Part shown: positions 54,766 through 64,000 of the stretch, piece by piece | How the letters are laid out: every line of letters begins with the position of its first letter | How positions within the stretch are numbered: the stretch's first letter is position 1 | Origin: Camelus dromedarius | Lineage: Eukaryota | NCBI RefSeq assembly: GCF_036321535.1 | Contig: NC_087436.1 | Span: 62,126,001-62,190,000 of the forward strand | Reading direction: 5' to 3' | Length of the DNA: 64,000 nt | Position numbers and translations under genes: made by a program | Notes under the pieces: model-generated | Told to the model about the DNA's origin: nothing | Databases searched by the model: none | Seen by the model: the letters and a program-made list of their open reading frames with translations, nothing else

Positions 54766-55099
54766 TACATTCTCCCACTATACTGTTTGGATAAATACAT
54801 TTCATATGAGTCCTGGAAATAGCAACTCCCAGGAGAAGGAGGATCAAAAATGCTGCACAAGGATAAACAGGAAAATCTATTGTAATTAGTATACATTTTT
54901 ATTTCCTGAGGGACTGCCTCAGTAATGAAAGGTTGAGTGTGAGTTTTCCACATCACAGCACTTTAGGGTATTATGATCCTTTTGCCCTAAGCTTAGTGAT
55001 ATAAGTGTGTGTGTATCTTTTCTCCCAAAGTTTCTTTTTCAGGAGATGATTTTGTATAATTTAGTGAATGGAGTAATTTTTAAATGAAAATAAAATACA

Positions 55100-55310
55100 T
55101 AATAATAATTGCCCACACTTTTGAAGATCCTTACTATGTACCAAGAATTATTCTTTCTTACACATATCAGAATTCACTTAGCTCTGTTACCATTCCCACC
55201 TTATAATTAAGGAGACTAAAGCTCCGAGAAAGGGTAAATTATTTGCCCAAAGTCACACAGCTATGAATTTGACCTCAGCAAGCTGGCATTAGTGGCTACA
55301 CTATTAAACA
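55100..55310 (-). mobile_element. MIR
   Basis: cttactatgtaccaag...aaggagactaaagctccgagaaagggtaaattatttgcccaaagtcacacagct. Confidence 0.75.
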
Positions 55311-56399
55311 CGAAGTTATGTTGACCTTCTAATTCCTTCCTTGTAACTCCAAGAATTGCAAAGCAACTTGTCTAAATACCCTCATTGGTGACTATTTCCA
55401 GAAACTGAATGTGAAATTACATAATTTTCCCCTTAGAATTTCTCTCTTTTACACAGTGTTCCACAGAAAGACTGAAGGGACTGTTACCAATGTGCCCTCC
55501 CACAGTTTATTTTCTTCATATCTTGGCTTTAAGATAAATTACTTTCAACCCATATAGAAAAATGAAAATGAATAAAAAACAATATCCAGCATACTCATCC
55601 TTGAAAGACTGTAACAATTGGAATAGACAAAGAGAAGAACAGAATAAAAAGATTTCTTTCTTCTTCTAATTTTTATAAAATTAATTACCAGCTGAATCTT
55701 ATCCTTCTGGGGGATGGGGCTGGGGAATACAGTTACTGAAAAATGGCAATGAAAATGAAATCAGTCTGCTTTTGCAAACCAACTTTGCTTCCTACACACT
55801 TAAACTTAGATGGTATACAATTCAGATAATTGTAAAAGTTTTTGTTGTTAATTTTCTTCTAGATTTTAGAATTAAGTTTAAAAATAGTCATGAACATAGA
55901 TGTGTGAAATAGGGACAAATATAGAAAAACAGAGGGTGTTAAGGGAAAATAGAATAAAATGAAATTTTATGCAGTGACCCAGTGCCATTGTGAGAACTCA
56001 ACACTTCTATAAATTTTTTTCTAGGTCCAATATCATATAGATGCTTAGTTGATTACATACTCTGTTTCATTTTCTGTGAAGTTCTACTACTGATGTAAAC
56101 GTATCAGTACCCTTATAAGTGCAAATATCTTGTGTATTGCAGATCAAAATTCTTTAGCTCAAAAGGACTATCTCATAAGTTCTATTTGTTGCATCTCAAG
56201 GGATTTCTGACACTTTTAACCTTCCTTATCTCTATAAATCAGGAAAATTAGAAAAGGAAGAAAGATGAAAAGAAAATTAAAATCATTCTTAATACCATCA
56301 TCTAAAGATAACTACTATTACCATTTGTGTGTATCCTTCCATTATTCTTCTATACTTATTTTGTACAGTCAAAAAATACTAGACAGACTACTTAATTTG

Positions 56400-56530
56400 G
56401 AAATGTGGGAATCCTTCTTCAGAAATCTTTAAGAATTTCAAGATGGTAATATCAGAGTATTAAACCCAAGTGTGAGGCTCTTCTAAGCATGAGAACTTCA
56501 CAGGCCTCACACCCATGAAGCTGGTTTGTT
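56400..56530. mobile_element. hAT-Tip100 MITE, MER91-like
   Basis: aaacccaagtgtgaggctcttctaagcatg...cacaggcctcacacccatgaagctgg. Confidence 0.55.
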
Positions 56531-58479
56531 TACTAGTGAGTGACTGTGGAATCACAGGAGTCGTTGGAGAAGCCGCACACAGACATCTGAAACATACTGA
56601 GGCAAACTCAGGGTGACACGAGTTAGAAAATACTGCATGTACTTTCCATTTCTTCATATTCAGAACAGGATGTAGAATGAAATTCACTTGGAATTAAGAG
56701 TCCACACTTACATTATGGTTAAGCGAGAGAAAGTGAGACTGAAACTAGTAAGAATCTAATAGCTATCCCAGAAATACATGTGGGGAAGAACATATTGGAA
56801 AAATAAATAAAATGTTACTTAAATGAAGCAGCCAAATAGTAGGTTAGGGGCCATCACTACAGGATATATCAGGAAATGTTTACTCCACTTACTGAAATTG
56901 GTTCTTAAAAATGAAAGCATACAAGTATCTAGGCAAATTGGTCACTGAATGCTTGCTAGCACTTTTCTAAAATATACCCTTTACTGTTTATCATTTTATA
57001 CTTGCAAGTATTAATGCAGGAGTACTGATAAATTCTGAACTCCTTTTGTAAATTGGAAAAAAAAAAAAAAAAGGGCTGATTAGAGATTACCGGTAATGCA
57101 GTTTGATCTTGCCCTTGAGAGACTAGGAATTTATTTCTCCTAAGATTGCTGTCACCTACCTTGTAAGTAATCAGCAAACCTTGAACCATAAATATAGGAA
57201 TATATTTGCAACTTGTAGAAACAAAATTATAGGCATATTTATTCCTTGCGTATTTCTGACAACAGTATAACTCACCACTAGAGATTCCTTAGTGAATTTT
57301 GGTGGCTAATTGATAGTCAACTTTTGGTTATTTGCAATAATGTGAAGATTTCAGAGGAGTGGCTGATATAAACAATGACTTTTAGCAGGTTTTGCATTAA
57401 GATTTATTTGGTTAAATTTATTATTAATAACATGTTACAATACTACTACTGTTTATAGTATTGGTACAATACTGGTGGATATTAGTGTAATAATATGGTA
57501 TAATGTTATTAAGGTCATCAATATTTAATATTAACCATTACATAATTTATGTAAATCATTAGCCTATTATTAGAGAACTGGGTAAAATATTCACAAGAAT
57601 GCTTCAGCATTCGTATCACTCTGTGTTAAACTCAATCTTTACTTATTTCATGCCCTTGTCTGAGATTCTATCTACATTGTGAGCTCATTAAGTCATGGGA
57701 ATCGTTACTTAACTTTTCTCCAAGAATACCAGTGCATTCGTTTGAGCCTGGTTAGGTGTCAATAAGTATTTGTTGAAGGAGCAAATGGAGGGATCAATGA
57801 GTAAGTATGTTGTGTGGTAAAAGGGCATTATTAGGGTGAGTCAGAATTGTCTGAGTAAGGCTTTTGAAAGAGACAGGTTATGAATGGAGACTTGTTCTCG
57901 GCTTAAACTGTGAGCAATGTAGCCATGGACAAAGGCTAGGATGGAGAATCATATTTCAAACAGAGAGCTGAACCAAAGGTGAAGGTAAGAAGGGTGAGGC
58001 TTAGGCAAGAGATGCAAGTCCAAAGCAAAAGGTTCTAGTATTTATTTAATTTTTTTTAACTACTATTTTATTAACACAAAAGTAAAGGGTAGAATTAAAT
58101 ATGCTCCTCATTTCAGGATATACTGTATTTATTAGTTCTTTCCTTAATCTCAGCCAGTACTCCATTCCTGTCACCTTAATAGGTATTCACACTAATGTGT
58201 TTAATATATATGCTTAGGCATATATATATTTCTTTTTAAAGTGTTGTTTATGTATATATATTTCAATAAGCCTCATTCTGTTCTGTATTTTCTCAGCCAG
58301 CAACATTATACAAGATACATTAATGTTGCAGCACAGACCTCTAGTTTGTTGCTTCTGACAGATGGATGCTTTGTAAGTCACTTACATATCCCTAACTCTA
58401 GTCAGCCACACCTGGAGACCTAAGCAAGAGGGTCCTTGTGCTTTATAGTCCCCCACTGTTGTCCACCTTGGGCTGTGCC

Positions 58480-59550
58480 CTCACTGTCTTCATTATTTTA
58501 TCTTTTTTACAGTCTCATATAATGACAATTATACAGTATGTAACCTCTTTGGACTGGCTTCATTCACCTAGAAATATGCATTTAAGGTTCCCCCATGTCT
58601 TTTTGTGGCTTGATAGCTCATTTTCTTTTATCACTGAATAATATTCCATTTTAAGGAAGTAGTACAGGTTTTCATCCATTCATCTATTCAAGGACATCTT
58701 GGCTGCTTGTAAGTTTTGGCAATTATGAATAAAGCTACTATAAACATCCATGGGCAGGTTTTTGTGTGGATATAAGTTTTCAACTCATTTGGCTAAATAC
58801 CTAGGACTATATAATTGCTAGATTATATAGTAAGATTATGTTTAGCTCTGCAAGAAACCACACAACTGTCTTTAATATTCCCACCAGCAATGACTGAGAG
58901 TTCTTGCTCCACATCCTCCTCAGCATTTGGCATTGTCAGAGTTTTGAATTTTAGCCAATTTTTAAGGTGTGTATTGGTGTATCTCATTGTTGTTTAAACT
59001 TGCAATTCCCTAATGACATATTGAGCATTTTTCTTATGCTGACTTGCATCTGTATATCTTCTTCTGTGAGGTGTCCTGATCTTTTGCTCATTTTTCAATT
59101 GTGTTGTTACTATTGAATTTTGAGACTTCTTTGTACTCTCAAAGGTGATATTTAATTGTCTGGTTAAAAAAGATTTTAAGGGACAGTCTAGAGTGTTTTT
59201 AATAAAATGTTTTCTTTCCTAGAGCTTTACATATTGTAGATTTATCTGTGCATCAGTGGATACTGTTTTATTTTAATCTGTATTACAGTATATTGAATTC
59301 AAGTCCTTTTCCAATATGTGTTTTGTACATATCTTCTGTGAGCCTGTGGCTTGTCTTCATTTTCTTAAAAGTGTCTTTCACAGAGCAGTCTTTTATTTTA
59401 ATAAAGTCCGACTATCTTTTTTCTTGTGTGGATTGTGCTTTTTTGTGTTGTATCTAAAAAGTCATCACTACAGACAAGGTAACCTAGATTTTTTTCTTAT
59501 CTTCTAGAAGATTTAGAGTTTTGTGTTTTACATTTAGGTCTATGACTTTA
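58480..59550 (-). mobile_element. L1MC/L1MD 3' region, interrupted at 59136-59290
   Basis: atgcatttaaggttcccccatgtctttttgtggcttgatagctca, attcccaccagcaatg and ttgcaattccctaatgac. Confidence 0.85.
59141..59290 (+). repeat. Dispersed direct repeat, copy 1 (inserted copy)
   Basis: 149/150 identical to 60268-60417. Confidence 0.97.
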
Positions 59551-60267
59551 GTTGTGTGGGGTTTTGCTTGTTAACTTCTATATGAGAACGTTTTAATCTT
59601 TCTTTTTACCATTGATTTTTAATTTCAATGAATTATGGTAAAGAAATAGTCTGTTTAATGCTTCAGCCTGTATCATTTGTTGTTAAAATTCATTTTATTT
59701 TGTGATCATTGATTTTGCAATTTATCCTCTCTCCATATATATATTATATATTTACACTTATGTATATATACACACACATATGCACATGTATCAATACTAT
59801 AATAGTATGTTTATACTATCACTTATATTATTATATATAATAATATATCTATATGTTTGTATATATATAGTATTGTTATATTACTGTGTGCTTATTAATT
59901 AAATCATAGAAATCTATACATATGTTTACCTCTCTGGATAGAATAGTTTCTGAAAATGATATTGTAAATACAAACAAAGGGGAAAGGACATAAGATTTAG
60001 CTGGTGGAGGCAGGTGGAGGGGAGTGCACTCAGAGCTAGCACTTTTTGTGAAACTACAGTCTTGCCTGAAGCTATGAAGTATCAGACAATTCTAAATTTA
60101 AAAAGTCAGACCTACCTACTTCTTGCAGTCTCAGGACTGGGGAAAGATTTTAAGTTGAGACCTATATACTGTAGTTCCAAATATTTAAAGATTATAAACC
60201 AAGATAATAAACAATTAAATCAATATATTCTATGCATTTACTTTGTCAAAGACTTAATAGAAACCTT

Positions 60268-60417
60268 AAAGGTGATATTTAATTGTCTGGTTAAAAAAGG
60301 TTTTAAGGGACAGTCTAGAGTGTTTTTAATAAAATGTTTTCTTTCCTAGAGCTTTACATATTGTAGATTTATCTGTGCATCAGTGGATACTGTTTTATTT
60401 TAATCTGTATTACAGTA
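60268..60417 (+). repeat. Dispersed direct repeat, copy 2 (probable donor)
   Basis: 149/150 identical to 59141-59290; the single difference is 59173 A versus 60300 G. Confidence 0.97.
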
Positions 60418-60579
60418 ATATTATTGTATCCTTTTGTGTGTGTGTGTGTGTGAAAAGCTAAAAGTTTCCAAGATTGCTGTTTTAGATGTGGGCCGCTATT
60501 ACTTGTACACTCACTGAAAAGCTACAAATGCTTTCAAGTAACCTCCTGAGCCCTACACTTCGTACGCATTGCTCTCCAA

Positions 60580-60950
60580 GCTGTAATGAATAGATGTTTA
60601 ATGTTAGTGTAGAATGACAATAATGATTCTGGCTATGACAAATTAGCTTTATCAAATATATCAATTGACATGACAGCTGGATTTTTTGTTGTTGTTGTTG
60701 GGGGATCTGATTCAGAGATGCAAACTTTTCTTTGCTGTCAACAGTTATATTAACAATGCAAATTAATGGGAATGTCTCCTTTTTGACATTTTTCTTCTAG
60801 GTCACATAATCACTGTAATCAGACCAAACAGTGATAATGACAGTGCTTGGCCTTTGCATTAGCCTTTTAGCTAAAAACCCTAGGAGATATTGATTAATTA
60901 ATCCTTTTCTATCTTTCTTGTTTGACAGCATTAGCCATACCAAAAAGTGG
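60580..60950. promoter_or_regulatory. Candidate developmental enhancer (motif cluster)
   Basis: Four TGACAG/CTGTCA sites, an E-box, overlapping AACAATG/ATGCAAAT and several TAAT cores, in sequence with no recognisable repeat. Confidence 0.35.
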
Positions 60951-63622
60951 CCTTGGCAGAAAGCAAAGAAACAAATTGGGAAATAATTTTCCCTCTGTTC
61001 AGCATGTACCTTCCCTCCTTTCCTTCTCATGATTGTAGTGCAGCACGTATGGCTATACAAAAACGAAGGGAACTCAACGCCACCACAATCCATTAGCTGT
61101 GAGAACATTCAGGAGATTAGTTACGGTAGTTGAGACACTCCTGGCCAGAATCAGTCCCAGAACATTTTAAATCATATCCATCTGTTTACTACCCCTGTGG
61201 TTTCCTGAGATGTCTCATCAACACAGAGTGCACTCCAGGCAAGCGAGTACTTCAGGAAAGTGCATACTGCCGAGGATTTTGACTACAAATTCCTGTGTAA
61301 TTTTCTCATCTGAAGGATTGACCTGAGCCAATTGAGGGCTATTAGGACTTGTTTTGTACCTCAGAATTATGTCCTTAACTAGAGTCAATATAAAGTGGCC
61401 TCTCTAAACCATGCTTCCACATCCTCTGTTTCTTTATTTGGTGGTTGGTTGGTTTGATATCCTTTGTTTTGTTTGTTTGCTCTAAAGGTATTCTCAAATG
61501 TAGAGGTCATCACTGACGCGTAAGAAATTCTGTTTGTCTTCTTATCATTGCTTACATGGAGATCTGGCAGGAAAAAACACTTTATCTAAAGTAAGTGAAT
61601 AGTAGGGAAAAAACTCAAAAAAAGTGAAAAGGAAACCTAATGTGAAAACTAAGTTTAAATGTATTTGTCTATTTATCATCCAAAATTATCTCTTTAATAG
61701 CCTCCCAAATATAGATTGTCTCAATAAAATCACACAAAAAGCTCACAGTAATTACATAATAACAAAGAAAAAAACCACCCAAAATCAACCTAACGTCAGA
61801 AGCTAAGAAGAAATTAACTAATATAAGACAGATAAATTGAATTTAAGAATCTCTTGTATCTACCACATGATATAAATTCATTTTGCGTCTCAAAGTAGAA
61901 ATTACTATAATATAAATGGCAAATGACAATCTATATACCATCTGTGGCTGAAATGAAATATTAAAGTTTGCATTACATAGAAAGTTTGAAGATATATTGA
62001 TTTCTATACACTAGATACTGCTCAGTGAGACTAGCTGAGTGTAATGCCCAAAGTCCCTATTTAGTTAACTTTTGTCCATCTAGTCAGAGACTTTAAATTG
62101 CAGATGACAACTGGAAAGATACAGAAAGACAGGATGATATTATCATAGTTGCTGTGAAAGAAATATCTTTCTACAAATCCCTGCAAGAGGAAGAGGTGGA
62201 AGATAAAAAGACCTGGGAGATGTGTATATCAGGGATTCAAGATTTTCACTTATGATATTACCATGAATTATAAGATTTCTTGCAGTTAATGGTAGCACAA
62301 AGAAATTGTGACTGAAAAGAAGGTAAAATCTTGTGAGAAATGAGATTTGGAGTAAGAATTCAATCTACACAAGTACTTTATAGCCAAAACAAACAAATAA
62401 GCAAGAAAAGAAGCAAACATTAAAAATGGACAGATAAGCAGTTGACTGACTCTGTTAACTTACTGAATCACTGGCTGGACAGATGTAGCCTAATTATAAC
62501 ACAAGGAAGTATAACTATGACAACATAAAATATATGGATGACACAAGTGAGGACTTGCCCCCACACATATTCACATATTAACACCACATACATACAATCA
62601 CACATGATAGACCTGAATATTTGGGAGTAAAAATAACTTTTCATATTATTAACTTTTTGAAACATTTTAAGATAAATATTATTAGGACATTAAAAGAGAC
62701 TAAAATGCTTTCTAAAATATCTCAGAAAATAAAAGCTATGGAAATATAATCTATACAACAGAGAGAGAATAAAACAGAATTAAGGAAAAAAAACCAGATA
62801 TTTTCTATTACAACAACCAATATAAATAAAAACCTATGAAAAGTCAAAGCTTCTTAGACTAGGACAAAAACTAAAATAAATTTTAAACAGAGTCAAATAA
62901 TAAAAGCTGCTCATGTAATTATTATAGCTAAGACACATTTGGATGCCAAAATTAAAAACCTGCATGTGAAACTAACTAGCTAATGCATTTGGAGTCTAGA
63001 AAACCAAGAAAAAGCTAGAAAAGCCATGTTAAGGAAGGAAGGACATTTGAATGTCAAAATCAGATGTTTGAAACATCTACTTTATTGGCCACATTATCAT
63101 ACATGAAACATTTTCCATCATTTCTGTATCTCAATTCATATTTTCATGGAAGAGAATCTTATTAACAGCTCATGGTAGCCATTTTGTGGGTAAATGTTAT
63201 CCCATATGTACAATCAGCTATTTCAGGGAATTTGGAAAAGTGAGCAGATTCTAAAAAATGAGTGAGGACAAGACAGCTAATACCACCATCTTTGGTATAT
63301 GAAAGTGATATACAAAACAAAATTACACAAAAGTTTGAGAGAAAAAACAGAGAACACTATACACTAAACAAATACACACATGAAATGCAGTAGTCCAGAA
63401 AGAAAAACATAGCAAAGAGAGTTTAAGACAAAAGTATTAGTATTTGTAAAATTCAGTATTAAATTTCTAGCTATATGAATACATATAAAGACAACTGTGA
63501 TGAGTCACTCTAAATCACACCACAAAAATAATTAATAATAACATTTGGGAATGATCGGTACAGACATCTTCTATGCCCGTGATAAATCTGCATATGTATA
63601 CATAAACAGAGAAGGATAAATT

Positions 63623-64000
63623 TATAACACAGAAGAACAAATCTGACTTCATATTAGATCTGTTTCTTTAGCTCTAACCCTGTGCTGTTTCCTGTGCTTA
63701 GTCATACTGGTTCTGTATCTTTTGTAAAAGCATGTTGCCTGTAGCCTGAAATACACAGGATAGGTCATTCTCAAGGCTCTGACCTTTAAGGGTATAACAC
63801 TTTCCCATTCATATAGAGATAAAAAGTTGCAGAACAGAGAATAACATTTGTCCTGTTGGAGGTTTACAGGAACACCATGACCTGACCTATATAAACAGCT
63901 GCAAGAACAAAGGATTCTGACACCAAGAAATTTGCAACAACCAACCCCCCCCCCCCCCCCCCCCCGCTTCTTAGTATAAGAGGAGCCAGAATTCTACTTG
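63623..64000 (+). mobile_element. ERV1-class LTR running off the window end, with a C21 tract
   Basis: Abrupt composition change at tataacacagaagaacaaatctgacttcatattaga and LTR-like U3 text (cattctcaaggctctgacctttaag). The poly-C at 63945-63965 precedes a TATA-like tagtataag. Confidence 0.65.

Noticed and set aside
60014..60349. 111-aa ORF overlapping the duplicated segment
   Set aside because: GTG start, no recognisable homology, and it appears to overlap a decayed DNA-transposon-like stretch.
1..64000. CRISPR arrays, operons, tRNA/rRNA genes, processed pseudogenes
   Set aside because: I saw no regularly spaced repeat-spacer array, cloverleaf, rRNA similarity or recognisable cellular coding relic.

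Overview
This is AT-rich, CpG-poor eutherian genomic DNA with the character of a gene desert or a very long intron. I recognise no intact protein-coding gene, RNA gene or prokaryotic-type system. The only ORFs with recognisable protein similarity are decayed LINE-1 ORF2 fragments. Much of the window is fossil transposable elements: several 5'-truncated L1s with visible target-site duplications (TSDs), older L1M fragments, MaLR/ERVL/ERV1 solo LTRs, MIR, L2, L3 and hAT MITEs. The younger L1 3' ends, together with the absence of Alu, B1, Bov-tA, PRE1, SINEC or ERE SINEs, suggest a cetartiodactyl, most likely a camelid (inference). I did not find a convincing new biological system. The best-supported oddities are: (1) a 150-bp, 149/150-identical templated copy of 60268-60417 inserted into an old L1 at 59141-59290; (2) an L1 with a 5' inversion (twin priming) at about 18782-20119; (3) a repeat-free cluster of TALE/SOX/POU motifs near 60.6-60.95 kb; (4) a candidate recursive splice site at 53595/53596. 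All repeat family names come from remembered consensus sequences, not from a search, and boundaries without TSDs are approximate.
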